From assembly GCA_051294375.1 (NCBI GenBank), contig CM119271.1:2370677-2434676 (forward strand): DNA of 64,000 nt, in the 5' to 3' direction. The notes below the pieces were generated by a model that saw only the letters and a program-made list of their open reading frames with translations, made no database searches and had not been told where the DNA came from. The stretch comes from Paraspadella gotoi. Taxonomy: Eukaryota > Animalia > Chaetognatha. Of the stretch, positions 1 to 13,809 are shown piece after piece; position 1 is the first letter of the stretch; each line of letters starts with the position of its first letter. The translations under genes and the position numbers were made by a program.

Positions 1-15
1 GAATGGATAATTTTT

Positions 16-167
16 TTTTCTTTACCAACTTTTGGCGAGGAATTTAAATCTGCCATCAAAATTAAGAAAAGCCCATTTTAAAATTTTACGATTTGATATC
101 TTATAAAAATGTTTTTCTTAATTTTGATGGCAGATTTAAATTCCTCGCCAAAAGTTGATAAAGAAAA
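16..167. repeat. Near-perfect inverted repeat (~55-bp arms, ~42-bp spacer), MITE-like
   Basis: 16-70 ttttctttaccaacttttggcgaggaatttaaatctgccatcaaaattaagaaaa pairs with 113-167 with one mismatch. No TSD recognised. Confidence 0.75.
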
Positions 168-704
168 TATAAGGATAGTACTTTATACGACAATATAACC
201 TACTACGGAAATTCAAAAAAATATAAAATTAATTTTTTTTATAAATTGATGCTTACTGGTGATACGTTGTTTAAAATTGACTTTTAAAATTTTCATACGT
301 AACTTTCACTACGCTCGATTGATCATATTGCTTCACCGTGACTCCATTTACTCCTTGTACTTTCTCACATAACCGAATAATTCATTCTCACTGACGCCCC
401 GAGTGAAACATGAAACTCTCCACCTTCCCATGGACCCGTCGACCCAGTGCCCTTTTGACCCAGGTCCCCTCCTCGATGCATATACATCGCGTATATTCTC
501 GGATCCGCGGGCGAAGAGCAGTTCATTCCCTTTTCACTTTTTCAAGTTCGCTCGTTCGCGCGGTCGCACGTTAGCACGTTCGCACGTTCGCACGTTCGAG
601 GGTAAGACCGGCACGTCCTACTTTCGCCTGGTTCTATCGCCCCTATAAATCGAGTAATTATAGCTTAATCAGATCAGAGGCTATATACGAAAGTATTTAC
701 TGAC

Positions 705-765
<61 letters not shown>

Positions 766-769
766 GAGT

Positions 770-805
<36 letters not shown>

Positions 806-820
806 GAGAGAGAAGAGACT

Positions 821-864
<44 letters not shown>

Positions 865-1641
865 GATAACCGATTGAGTTATGAATGACTGTAAACGAAA
901 CCCGAAATCAGATATCTCATTCAGTGATGGGCTGATGGCGTCGTCGTCGTCATTCTCGTCGTCGTCGAGAAATCGGCGACCGGAGAAAACTGATGTCGCT
1001 TCGCATTAACTCGTCGCCATGGAGACGAAAGGCAAAACGTGAAGAGTGAGGAAAGGAAAGATGGCCGGCGGGAGGAAAGGGCTGAGGGAGAGAATGGTAG
1101 AAGTTGAAGTGGTTACAGGGAGTGGGGAAAGGGAGCGGAAGTCGGTGGAGCTGGAAAGAGTCGGGATGGTCGGGGGGAAGAGGGAAAAGGAGCGAGAGTC
1201 GAAGGGCGGAAAGGCCAGAGGAAAATTGGTGAGAGTGATATAAGGGGTAAAAGGAGCAGAGATCGTTGGAGCTGAAAGGAGCCCGGGGGGAGCGGGATCG
1301 CGGGCAGCGGTGGGTTAAAGGAGTAGGAGTCGAAGGCGGAAATGCCTGAGGAAAGATGGTAGGTGGAGTGATCGAAAGCAATAAAGTCGTTGGAGCTAGA
1401 AGAAGCCGAGAGGGGAAGGAAGCAAGAAGGCCGGGTGAGAGGAGCAGGTCAAGCTGTAAGAAGGAGAGCGGTAGAAATCTAGGTCAAAGTTTTGAAGTTT
1501 GAAGAGTCAATTTGCGGAGAAAGTCGCTGAGGGGAAAGAGTGGAGGTTTATTGAGGCAAAGGGAGGAGGAAGAGGAAGAGGATTTTGGAAAGTATCTTTT
1601 AAAGAAGGGTGAAATAACATACACGATGTGCTGAATTAGAC

Positions 1642-1690
<49 letters not shown>

Positions 1691-3099
1691 ATTTCCCTTT
1701 CAGTAGCGAGCCAATGACCCATCATTCTCTCGACCTTCTTCGGTGCCCAATTTATTTGCAAAGCTTGCCAGAAAGGGCGCTGCTTCTAACCTGTCGAAAT
1801 ATTGGCAAAGGTCCCTTGTTCAATGGTGCTTAACTAAAGTCTACATGTAGACATATAAATATCCGATGATATTTGGTCGTTTTTTTCCGCGGTCGTTGAA
1901 CAACTTGATGGTTTTCTTATTGAGGAAAGCGAAGCCAAATAAAGAATCCCATCCCATCCCATAAACGCTTTGACCATTTAGTTTGACTTCCCGACTTCGA
2001 CTCTTCTTTCTGCACGGAAACTTCTCTTCGCACATGCAATTCTTCTCTAATCACCAACTGTGAAAATATATTTTGCCTTGCCTCTCTTTTTCTCTCGGTC
2101 AAATAAAATGACTGGTCATTTTTTAGTGACTGAAGCAATGTGAAAAATATTAAAATAATAATTACCCAAAAACTACATTTTCTAGACACCTCTAAGTCCT
2201 CTATTCTTTAATTCTCTGATTCTCTAATTCTTTACTCGTGCAACACTTTTCTTTGTACAAAAACTTCTCTTTCCTCGAGTCTACTCAGTTCTCACCTCTC
2301 AGTAAAACACTTTTCTTTTCACGTGCCAATCTAACCCAACCTCAAACATTTCTCTTTTCGCGTGCAACTCTTCTTTTTTTCGCTCACCCTTTGCTTTTAG
2401 GTCGCACACTTCCTCTCTCCGGTGATTCCGAACGGCCAGACTATTTTTTCACTTCGCCGATTTAAAAAAGAAAAGAAAAAAAAGAAAGAGTTTCGAAAAG
2501 ACAGTTGCAGAGGAAAGCAAGGAACGGTAATTTGCAAGTGTTGCGCAGCAAGAACTCGAGTTGAAGTATGAAGTGAAAGTTGTCGTTGAATTAAAAAGAA
2601 TATTCCTAATATTACTAATATCTTTCACTGATAATATTATTAGCACTATTATTAGCAGTGAAAGATACAGATGTAGATAAAGATATAGCTATGAGAAAAA
2701 AGTCCGCGTCAGTATGAATACTGACGCAGACTTTGTACGCGCGTCGAAATTTCATCAGTTACACAATCCACTATGTATATTGCACATTTATTACACATGT
2801 AATGTAGTAAATTTCTTTTCATTGCTATGTGTTTTGCTGCAAATTTTCTTTATTGAAACTTTGAAACTTTGTAACTCACTCGTCCGTCAGACGTGGATCG
2901 TAAAGTTTCGTTTTAATCCAACTGAGTTTCGCTTCTATTCACTGAAAAAAAAAAGAGGACGCTTTTGGGAAAATAAAATTTTAAGGCGGGAAGGAATAAA
3001 TGTGAACAAAAAAAAACGTTTAGGGAAATAAATTGAAGGCAGCCGAAGATAGTAAGTACTAAATAAGCCACCCCTTAATCTTTTTTTTTCTGTCAGTGT

Positions 3100-3610
3100 C
3101 AACACGACGTCGACAATAATGATTGATCGATGAAATGGGTTTCTTGTTACTTTCCCTTAAGTATTTATTAAGGCCGTCAAAAGTGAAGAATCCCTTATGG
3201 GTTTATTTTTCCCTCATTCGCTCTGGATAATTATGGTTGATACGTGATCTTCCATCCCTCCTCCATTTTTATATCCAATTTCCTCTATTTTTTATTCTAA
3301 TGCGATTCAATAAAAAAAAATGAAGAAAAAAATTCAAACAAAGATTTTAATTTCTAAGAAATTTGATCGTTTTCCAAATCGTTAAATCGCAAAAATATTT
3401 TTTTTAAATCTGAGAAAGCTCCTACTTCGATGGGACCGTTGACGCTGCTGGCGTCGTGGCGCCGGGAATTCTGGGAGCGCCGGTGACGACCGTGACGCCT
3501 TGAGGAGATGGATTTCATTGAGCGAAAAAATTCGAGATGGAAAATTGGAAATCTCAGCGGAGAGTGGAAGGGGGGCGGGGGGTGTGGGGAGGTTGACCGA
3601 GGGGATTGAT
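3100..3610. repeat. Dispersed repeat segments
   Basis: 3100-3285 matches 6723-6902 (acacgacgtcg.caataatgattga...ccaatttcctct). 3290-3610 matches 34552-34892 and its duplicates. Confidence 0.7.
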
Positions 3611-4160
3611 TGATTGATTGATTTTGCTCCTTCTTTCTTTTCTTTAGAAAAGTAATTTAAGTTTGGTATAAACTTTATAACTCAGGCTCAGGTATCCCGG
3701 ACGCAGCTGCCCCGCGGTCTTTTTTATCTTTCATTTTTTGGGGGTAATTCTGTTGTAACGTACTATTTCAGTCTCTCTCTTTACAGGGAGGTCTCGCTCT
3801 TTTGGGACTAAATTAAAGAATAGTAAAAGAATAATGGCATAAAAATTGGTACCCATATTAAAAATAGTCATGAAAACAGAATTTATTTAAAAAAATTCGT
3901 CTTCGGGAAACAAGACTTTCTTCAATTGTCAATTGTCAATTGTCGCATTTGGGAATGCTGCCATTCCTACTACTGTTTCCCCTGTCAGAAAGTTGACAGT
4001 TCCGGACGGGATGCGTGGGACTTTCTGCTTCTCTATCCGACATTTGTATTAATCAGGGGGTTTGCAGTCAGAAAATCTGCGCGGTCAAAAGTCGGGAGTC
4101 TTTATGCTTCATCTTGATTTTCGCCAAAATTTGCAAAATTTTCTAAAAAGGAACGGCGCC

Positions 4161-4400
4161 TAAAAATAGGACATGTTGTGCAAAGAGCATCAAATTTACA
4201 AGAGTTTCTGTTTAATTTTTTAGACGTTTTTGATATCGATCGAAAGAAAAATTAGCCTCGTTTTCAAATATAATCTCGATTTTCTTCTATCATGAACTGT
4301 TTTTATGCTGTAGACACTCAAAGTTAGTTCCATTAGAGCTGGACCTCCCTGTATTTCTTTATTATTTCCTTGGCTCTCTCTAATTTTCAATTTCTCACTT
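4161..4400. repeat. ~230-bp direct repeat, second copy at 7885-8108
   Basis: aaaaataggacatgttgtgcaaa...ctctctctaatttt.aatttctcactt is nearly identical in both copies. Also 1876-1958 matches 8279-8358. Confidence 0.8.
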
Positions 4401-4781
4401 TCACTCTCTCCTTTTTATCAAAACTCCATCAGGAGATGAAAACAATTTGTAAACAAAGTCGTTCGGATTATTGCTACTTTGTATGTAGTATGTACCTTCT
4501 TCTGGTTTTTTTTTCTGCTCGATTTCCTTTTGTTTTCCTCAGTTTTTCACAGTTCGCAATCGTTCAGACAGATGTCGTCGCCGAGAATGAGAAATTACGA
4601 AAAGAAAAAAACAAAAGAAAAACGGGGACTGAGAAGAAGGTAAAGGAGGGAAAGTGTAGGTGTGATGGAAATGATAAAAAGAAAAGAATAAAAAAAAAAG
4701 ATGAGGTAAGAAAAATTAGAATGAGCTGGGAACGAGTCGACGAGCGAAAAAAGAAAATTCAAAAAAAGGATGTTACTTGTT

Positions 4782-4825
<44 letters not shown>

Positions 4826-5559
4826 CCATTCCCATCTCTATCTCTTCTGTTAGGAAGCCGCTATAGAAAAAGAAGCCAGTGACTTTTTTCTTATATTTTT
4901 ATATCGATAGATGTGGAATGACGGGAATATTGTAAATCTCAAGTTTCGCTTTAATCGGACCTCACATTGTGGAGAAATCTTAGGAAACCCATCAAAATTC
5001 CACCCCTTTTTTTCAACATTCTCGCCTTTTAAGATTTTCGCCGATTCTGACTTCCTCTTACAAACTTATAATTCCGCTAGTTAATTTTTTTTTCTTTTTT
5101 TCTATTTTATGATTTCTGGGTAAAAAATAGAATAAATTACATTAACATTGGGATATTATGAAAGTGTAATGTTTTGTGAAGCCTGTGAGAGTTAAATAAT
5201 TTAAAAAATCGCCTATTTTACTATTGAAAAATGATAGTAAAATGAAGAAGTTGAATGTCTTCCGGCCTATTTCAGTAAACATCCCTGTTCTCTAGCATAA
5301 AATAATGTTTACTTTTTGCTGGTGGAAAAGAAAGATAAATACTTAGGCTGTGATGGGGTGAATAATATTTTGTTGAATTTTGTAAGCATGCTTGTAAAAT
5401 CAGACAAGCAAATATTTAAGTGATAAAAAATTCAAATTTTTTTTATCCAAAAAACTTTAAAGTTTTACAAGAGTACAATTTTAGCCTTTTTTCTTTCAGA
5501 ATCATTAAAAAGAATTAAATTTTCATTATTTCTTATGGGGTGTCATTAGTTTTAAAATT

Positions 5560-5595
5560 AATTATAATTTTGACTTAGTTGACACTCACCCTGTA
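5560..5595. mobile_element. Possible Tc1/mariner-type terminal inverted repeat (single end)
   Basis: Ends ...gttgacactcaccctgTA, the reverse complement of the TA-CAGGGTG start common in mariner-family elements. No partner end found. Confidence 0.35.
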
Positions 5596-5805
5596 AGGAG
5601 GTTTCGCATAAGTAATTCTCAAATTGTATCTTGTATGTGCCCTATGATTATGGCTTCATTTTGGTACTATTACCATCCCTTTATCTTTATTCCTTCAAAA
5701 GATATTAGGAAAAATCAGTTTTTTTCTCAACCTTCCTTTTAATTTCTTTTTAAATAAAAATTTCGCGATTCAAACCGGACTATTTCATTTAAACCTGATC
5801 ATTTT

Positions 5806-5971
5806 ATATCAAAATCATTGAAAAATGAAGACAAAGTCTTGTTACAGCAACGATATTATATTTATATTTATTTTGTACAATAAAATAAATCTTTGCTGTA
5901 ACAAGACTTTGTCTTCATTTTCAATTACCTAAAACAAACGAAGAAAGTTTAATCACAATATCAAAATCATT
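5806..5971 (+). mobile_element. Miniature PLE-like insertion (short inverted arms, tail, 14-bp TSD)
   Basis: Direct repeat atatcaaaatcatt at 5806-5819 and 5958-5971. Inverted arms at 5817-5850 and 5893-5925. A ~32-nt one-sided tail (...acaaacgaagaaagtttaatcacaat) resembles the 60.9 kb tail (...acaacgaaaagaaaggattataccacaat). No hammerhead core is retained. Confidence 0.65.
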
Positions 5972-7039
5972 ATAAAATGAAAAAAAGAAAAAGGAACAAG
6001 CTCTTTAAGCACAAAGCTATCAGAATCGCGAAATTCGAAGTCGCTCATGTTACAGGAACATAGAGCAATCCCGTTTGCAATTTTAAGTTTGTAAACTTTC
6101 CCTTTCATTTCTATAGTAAAAATGAGGTTTGAAAATTCTCCGGGATGAGTAGTGCATTTCCCCTGGCTTGTTTGATTATTAAATCCTTTATCAAATGCCA
6201 TAAAACGAATAGGACAAGCTTTTCAGATGTAACGCTCTCGGAATCGTGCGTTTTTACAAGTGTTTTTTAACCGAATTTCTGGCAAACGCGTTTGCAATTT
6301 GGGTAGTCAGATTTGAACGGAATTCTCTATTAGAAAAATGTTGAATTTTTTTTAAGCGAGATTCTCGTCTACTTCTGTGATGTTATCTTACAATACCAAA
6401 CAGATCAAATATATTAATGTTATGACAGAAAAAAGCCAAACATCAACGATCGAAAAATAAAAATTAAACAAAACCTCAATCTCGCTCCCGTTCTCTGACG
6501 GTGACCACTGACTACTGACCACTGACCACTGACCACTGACTGAGTCGACACTCTCTGCAATTCCTGTTGTGAACTTAAGTCGTTCAAAGCAGAAGAAGAA
6601 ATCGAGAAAATCTTTTTATTTATTTTTTTTTAATCTTATTCTTTTTTATTTGATTCCAGACGGTGGGTCAGTCTGTAATTTTCTGAGTATTAATAAAAGT
6701 AAGCTAAATATACCAAATCTGTTACACGACGTCGCCAATAATGATTGAAAAAGGTTTCTTGTTAGTTTCCCTTAAGTATTTATTTCGGACATCAAAAGTG
6801 ACGAATTCCTTATGGGTTTTTTTACCCTCATTCGCTCTGGATAATTATTAAGTTGATACGTAATCTTCCATCCCTCCTTTATTTTTATATCCAATTTCCT
6901 CTCACCTTTTTTTTATCATTTTAACTAACGCTAATTTTGTCTTGTAGGTTGGTTTATTGTATTTTTGTTACTGATTTTGATTTTTATTGCTTTGGGCGTT
7001 TTTTAAATATTTTTTATTTACAAAAAAAAAATAATGTTT

Positions 7040-7552
7040 TATGAAATTGGTACAACCAATATAAAAATATATCCATTCTCATTTAATAAATAAGCTATCT
7101 TGCCCCTGACTTTGGACAGGCTTTGGTGGTTTAAGGCCTCCATCACTCTTACAAGATAATGACATAGCAGGTCCCTGCAAGCTTTCAATCAAGACTTTCT
7201 CACAGTCTCGTTTTCACTCCCAGAGTACCTGGCTTCCATATCAATGAAGTGATATATTTCAAAGAATGTTTCAATTGTATGAAAAGACCATTTACCCTAG
7301 TATTAGATCGGGGAATACTTATTGTACTCCGCACTAGCATCAAATACAAGGAGCTGAATTTTATGAAATTGGTACAACCAATATAAAAATTATCCATTCA
7401 TTTAATAAATAAGCTATCTTGCCCCTGACTTTGGACAGGCTTTGGGTGGTTTAAGGCCTCCATCACTCTTACAAGATAATGACATAGCAGGTCCCTGCAG
7501 CTTTCAATCAAGACCTTATCTCACCAGCTTCTCGTTTATTCACTCCCAGAGT
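7040..7552 (-). mobile_element. Unclassified interspersed repeat, family B, partial tandem dimer (~322-bp unit plus ~190 bp)
   Basis: Unit starts tatgaaattggtacaaccaatataaaaattatccattc. Near-identical copies at 13810-13948 (opposite), 28394-28588 (opposite) and 53222-53526. A short end fragment is at 7862-7890 and probably at 1-12. All copies share one end and are variably truncated at the other. Confidence 0.75.
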
Positions 7553-9719
7553 CATAACGACTCATAACCGTCATATTCACTTTTAAACTGCTAACTATCT
7601 GTTTGTTGGTCGGTCGGTCACCGATGATCCAATCCCTTCTTATTTCCGACCATCTCGTTGGCCCCTCTGGCTTTCTTCATGATTTATGACTTTTTGGACA
7701 CGTTTTCGGTTATTCATGCAGGTGGCAACAATTTGATAAAGGCGTTTGGCAAATTACTTATAACCAGGAAGCGCTCAAAAAAAAATTGTTATAACTAATA
7801 TATTGTACCAAATTCATATAATGATATATACTATACTGTATAGTATATACTAATATATACTTATGAAATTGGTACAACCAATATAAAAATAGGACATGTT
7901 GTGCAAAAAGAATCAATTACAAGAGTTTCTGTTTAATTTTTTAGACGTTTTTGATATCGATCGAAAGAAAAATTAGCCTGTTTTCAAATATAATCTCGCT
8001 TTTCTTCTATCATGAACTGTTTTTATGCTGTAGACACTCAAAGTTAGTTCCATTCCCTGCATTTCTTTATTATTTCCTTTGCTCTCTCTAATTTTTAATT
8101 TCTCACTTCAATTTCAATAACTGATAATATGGGTCGACTGCAAAGAGACGTTTTCAAACCCTAAAAAAATTCGTCGCAACGGATTCTCAAGGAGTTACGT
8201 ATGTTTTGTGTTCATTTGTTCTTGAGCTAAAGTCAAACATAGAGGTCACCACCAAGGGTCGTCACCCCAGATTACAGTTCGTCTTTTTTTCCTCGATCGT
8301 TGAACAACTTGATGGTTTTCTTATTGAGGAAATCGAAGCCAAATAAAGAATCCCATCCACCACTTGCTGCTGGCGATTGCTTTCCGTGTATTTTTTTCCC
8401 TTTTTTTTCCTTTTCATTCTTTCATACTTGTGCAGTCACGTGACCACATAGAAATACGGTCACGTGATTAAAAAGTCTATACGTCTGAGTTCGGGCAATA
8501 GACGGATATTTTAGTTAATACCCCACAAATGCTTGTTGTACAACATGTGTTTCATAATTGTGTTTGTGGAGACATGTAATCATCTAGAATTATTTTAATT
8601 CCTTCCTTTTCTAACTGAGTTTTGCTTTTTCTCTAATTTCTCGCTTCCTTTGTCATGGAGGATTTTCTCAGTTTACCGGTTTAAGGCCAGGGATCACTCA
8701 ATCTAAAATTATAGAAATTTCTTAATTTACTATATCTTAATCATTTTCTCATATCTTGTAAGAGGTTTTCTATTGAAAATAATCGAAAACTTTTAAAAAT
8801 CTAAATAAAATGTTCATAAAAATTTAAACATTAATTTTTCTTCGGTAAAACTAGATTTTCAAGAGAAAAATAATTTTTTATATGTAAGCTAAATTTTTAC
8901 AACTAAATTTTTAACTCAAACCTGATTCTTTACAGTAAGCTCAATTTCTACTTCTTATATTTAATTCCTCCTTTGGTAAAAGTACATACTTGGAGTTGTA
9001 TCACTAATAAGTCTAAAATAAACTACTACACATTTTCCAGACGGGTTTTTATACTTTTATGAGTTTAGGAGTTAAAAAACTTATCGAATTTATTTCATTT
9101 GACTTTTTACTTTATGTAAATGTTTAATGAGTTTAATGAGTACAGAATTTGACTTTCTTGACAAAAGTGAAGTTAAAAACGAAGAGTTGCAGCTCAAACC
9201 GTTGGACTCTTCTTGAAGAAAAAAAATATTTGGGCAAAGAAAAGAAAGGTGGGGGAGATTCTATGAGCGCGTTTTTGAAAAAATGTTTTTTGTTTCAAAG
9301 ATATCAAGGAAATTAATCCCAAAAATTGTTTAAAATAATCAAATTTTATATGAAGGAAGGCAAATTTTGAAAGTATCTTTTCATAGAATTGGAGTTCGTG
9401 ACTTAAAGGTAATTCATGCCAAATTTAATGAGAAACCGCTTTACTGTTTGGGCTGCAACTCTTCAAATAGGTTTCTTTTATTTTTATATAGTACAAAAAA
9501 AATCGAAAAAACGATGACGCCTTTGAAAAAATGGTAAAGTGAATACATTTTCGGAATCGTCAGGAGCTCTCCTTTCGAAATCCGAGCTCAGTTTTAGCCT
9601 AATTATAATTTGAATTGAGTGATCCCGGACCTTAAAAAAAAAAAAGATAAAAAATTTCCTTTCTATTTTTTTTTCAGCATTGAGAGTTTTTTTTATTTAT
9701 TTTTCCTGTTTTTTTCAAC

Positions 9720-10078
9720 CCTTCTTTTTTTTCCTTCTCTATCTTTTTTTTCCTTCTCTATCTTTCTTTTTATTCTCTATCTTATCCTTTCCTTCTCTAT
9801 CTTTCTTTTCCTTCTCTATCTTTCTTTTTCTTCTCTATCTTATCTTTTCCCTCTTTATCTTTCTTTTTCTTCTCTATCTTTCTTTTCCATCTCTATCTTT
9901 CTTTTCCTTTTCTATCTTTCTTTTCCTTCTCTATCTTTCTTTATCTTCTCTGTTTTTCTTTTCCTTTTCTATCTTTCTTTTCCTTCTCTATCTTTCTTTA
10001 TCTTCTCTGTTTTTCTTTTCCTTTTCTATCTTTCTTTTCCTTCTCTATCTTTCTTTTCCTTCTCTAGCTTTCTTTTCT
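9720..10078. repeat. Pyrimidine minisatellite, ~19-20-bp unit ttttccttctctatctttc
   Basis: Direct inspection. It explains the F/L/S-rich ORFs at 9619 and 9680. Confidence 0.85.
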
Positions 10079-10391
10079 GCGTGACTTATAAACTTCACTG
10101 TTTCTGCCATCTCTAGTTTAACCTCACTTCCTATTCCTTTTCTAAACATTCTTAGTCGCATTACATATATCATATTCACTTACGCCCAATAGTTCGTTTA
10201 GAATTTCCCTTTTCTACCTTTCTATCAGTTTCTCCCCTCCCCCTCTCTATTTCCTCCTTCCCTTCTTTCCTCCCCTCCCCTCTCTATTTTCTCTCTTTCC
10301 TTCCTCCCTCCCCTCCCTCCTCCCCCCTTCATACGCCTAACCCCGACTCAAGACTCACGGTGATAAGTCGGTCGCTATTGTCTTCTCTTCC

Positions 10392-10447
<56 letters not shown>

Positions 10448-10573
10448 CTCTCTCCCATTCCTTCCCTCTCCTCTTCTCTAATCTTCTTCTCTATCTTTCC
10501 TTTTGTCTCTCCGTCTTTTTTGGCTTCCGATTTCTTTGTTTCGTCTTTCGGATCCTCACCCTCTAACCTTACC

Positions 10574-10620
<47 letters not shown>

Positions 10621-10628
10621 CTCTCTCA

Positions 10629-10665
<37 letters not shown>

Positions 10666-10845
10666 CCCCTTCATTCCCTTTGCTTCCGTTATTCGTTCTC
10701 TACACCCTTTCCGGCCTTTTCCTATTGCCCAGTTCTCGACACAGACGAACTGGAGGCTCCGCAATCATTTTTCCATCTGGATATCACGGTGACATTTGTT
10801 CCTGTCCTCCTCTCCTCTCTCTCTCTCTCTCTCTCTCCTCTTCCT

Positions 10846-10929
<84 letters not shown>

Positions 10930-11098
10930 TCTCTCTCTCTCTCCTGATTGATGAATCAGAACCAGTCCGAGTTCCAAGACAAAGACATAATCTCGGACTC
11001 TTTCCGAACACACCGGTTCCAATCAACCTTATTTTTTCGTCGAGAGAGAGAGAGAGAGAAGAGAGAAGACGAAGAGAACGAGAGACGAGAAGAAAAGA

Positions 11099-11136
<38 letters not shown>

Positions 11137-12486
11137 AACAAGCTTGGCAATCAACGAAGCTTCTTCTATTGCTTTTGCTTTCCTCGTTAAAGGTAAACGG
11201 TTCGGAAAATATCCGTAAAAAAAAGATAAAAAACCGAAATAAAAAAGATCATGCGAAGAAAACAATGGCGTGGAGACTAGGGTGGAGTGATGAAAAGATT
11301 AAGCGAGTTGACAATATTTTTTTGCTGCCTCCGTATATGTAATTAAAAAAAACCATATCTTTAAAAAATTTTTTTTAGCATAACAGTAGAGCAAATTGAA
11401 TTTTCGTTATAGTAATATCCTTATAAACATACATAGTGGGGAAAGATCTATAAAGGTGCCCCTATTAGGGGCACCTTTATGTCATGAACCTAATTTTAAC
11501 CTTCTTGAAAGAAAATTATATTATTTCTTCCTAGAAGAAATAACAAAATTTGTTAGAAACAACGATATTTGTTTTTATTTGGGACTTGTTTCGACTTTTT
11601 TACAATTGCAAGTCTTTATCAGCGCTTAAATACAGATCTGTCCGTACTTAATAATAAAATCGTTGTAAAAAGAAATAAAACTCTTCTACTTTATAAAAAT
11701 AATACTGTAAATATATTATATTTTGCTTTTCTGTTCCCGAAACAATATTAACGAAATACTTTTTGTATTCAGTAATCATACCATTTCGCAAAAAAATATT
11801 ATTGTGAATTGACTCAAATCAATTTTTTTTTCTCAAGTGCTCCACTCTAGTGGAGAGCGTTAAACAAATTAGAAAAAACTATCGAGTTATGTAGATCTTA
11901 CTTATCCATAAATGAAACTTTCCGACTTTATTAGTTTAATCAAATTAATTTTTCTTTTAACTTCGTTTGGAAAAGCTTTATCTCAGTCCCTGAAATCGAA
12001 TTTTCATTACTAACGAGGTGGTAATACGTATAGTATAGTATAATTTAAAGTCCCGTTCGCGTGCGTCATTTTAGAAATAGTAAGCGATTTTGAATTTACT
12101 CTCAAAAGTTGAATGTATTTCAAGATGTTGAATTTACTTTCAAAGGTTCTTTTGTCATCTTTTGATAAACTAAAACAACGACAAATAACCAAAATAGGTT
12201 GTACCGATTCCCTAAAATTGTAGGCTTTGGTAAATGACTTGGCAGGAATTTAAAGAAGAAAATAAGAAGACGTTTCACGAATTTATTTACAACATGTAAT
12301 GATCAGAATCATTTTCCGAGAGAAAAACGACAATAACGAAAAGAGAAAAGACAATACTAAAAATAACAATAAGAGTCGAAACGAATCTAGGGATCAGTTA
12401 ACTATTTGACCTTAAGTCGTAGGTCACGATTTAGGTAAGTTTAAGAGTCGTTAAGGTTGTTGTTGTCGTTGTTGTTCTCACCAAAA

Positions 12487-12711
12487 GGCCATATTTTCTA
12501 GCGTAACTTCACTAGTATTTGAGTTTATATATTAAGTAAAGGGTCAAGTTTAGGGACTTGGGTTAGGGATTAGGGTTAGTGATTAGGGTTAGGGATTGGG
12601 ATTAGGGATTAGGGTTAGGGATTAGGATTAGGGATTAGGATCGGATATTAGGGTTAAAAATAAATTTAAGGATTGAGAAACAGAAATGGGGCGCTTTAAA
12701 AAAACAGTGCC
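12487..12711. mobile_element. MITE with GGC...GCC termini and internal degenerate (TTAGGG)n
   Basis: Left end ggccatattttc, right end gaaacagaaatggggcgctttaaaaaaacagtgcc. ttaggg/attagg array at 12560-12655. aaaa on both flanks. Confidence 0.6.
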
Positions 12712-13149
12712 AAAATTTGAATACGATTGCTCTCGTCAAAACTGTTCTTTTGTTTCGGAAATTAGAAAAACGGAAGAAAAAAAATTCTAGGAATAAATTT
12801 TTGGCGTCGAAAAGTTTAAATTTAAATTTCCGGTCGACGAACTCGAGCAGAGTTCAACAACAACATCAACAAAGACGACAACGACGACGACAAGAAAGGC
12901 GATTGAGAGGAAAAAGAAAGAATTGAAAGAAAAAAAAAGATGTCAATTTTGAGATAAGAGTGGGAGTCGTAAACAAATCCAGGCGGAAAATATAAATAAA
13001 ATAATTATAAAATATATTACATAATAATAAAAAAAAAACAAAGAAAGTTTAAGAAAAGAGAAAAAGATTTATTGCTTTGATTTATGATTATACATACTGG
13101 CAAGTGCGAATTTTGCTGGCAGGTGCGAAAAATCTAAGTTGAAGCGGGA

Positions 13150-13421
13150 AAAAGAAAAACGAGAACGGTAATTCCAATGTGTTCCGCCGCAGTGACTGTA
13201 TTTCCCTTTGATCACATGATATGACATGACATGACATGACATTACATTTTAGTCTTAACAAATGAGCAACCAACTATAGCTATAGTATAGTATAGTCCTA
13301 TAGAATAAGCAAATCATATGCATTTTTAACGTAAGTGGGACAGACTGTCGGACAGACATACCGATGGACCGACTGACCAACCGACAGACCGACCGAAAAG
13401 TGACTTATAAAGTGACTAAAA
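13150..13421. mobile_element. Family A copy
   Basis: Shares cttaacaaatgagcaac, acgtaagtgggacagac...ccgaccgaaaagtgacttataaagt and ccgcagtgact with the 15.3 kb and 18.5 kb copies. Confidence 0.65.
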
Positions 13422-13809
13422 AGAGGCCTGTGATCGGAGAGTCGGGGAGACTTGTGGGGGCGTGGGCGTAGCATCGTGGGAGCGGGGTTCGAAAAAAGGT
13501 TTGATATGAAAAAATGATCACAGACGACCGGAGGAGAAGGAAACGAGGAAAAGAACGAGACTGTTTTATCTATCTTTTCCGAGAATGCCACATTTCTATT
13601 CCTATATCTCTAGACTTGATTTTAAGCCTGATTTTTAACCCTAATCTATTACCAAACTATTAACCCAATGTCAAACCCTTATCCCTAAACTTAACCTAAT
13701 CCCAAACCCTAATCTTTAACCTTATCTTTATCCCTAACCCTAATCCAACTTTAATCCTTAATCCTTAACCAAGTTCCTAACCTAATCTCTAACAATAACA
13801 TATGAGTTA

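Noticed and set aside
10360-11342. ORFs rich in SL/ER/RE (also at 21.7, 25.9, 27.4, 32.7, 33.1, 35.3, 52.1 and 62.4 kb)
   Set aside because: They are translations of (CT)n/(AG)n microsatellites, which lack stop codons. There are no domain motifs.
12560-12655. True telomere or chromosome fusion site
   Set aside because: The hexamers are degenerate, short and enclosed by MITE TIRs at many loci.
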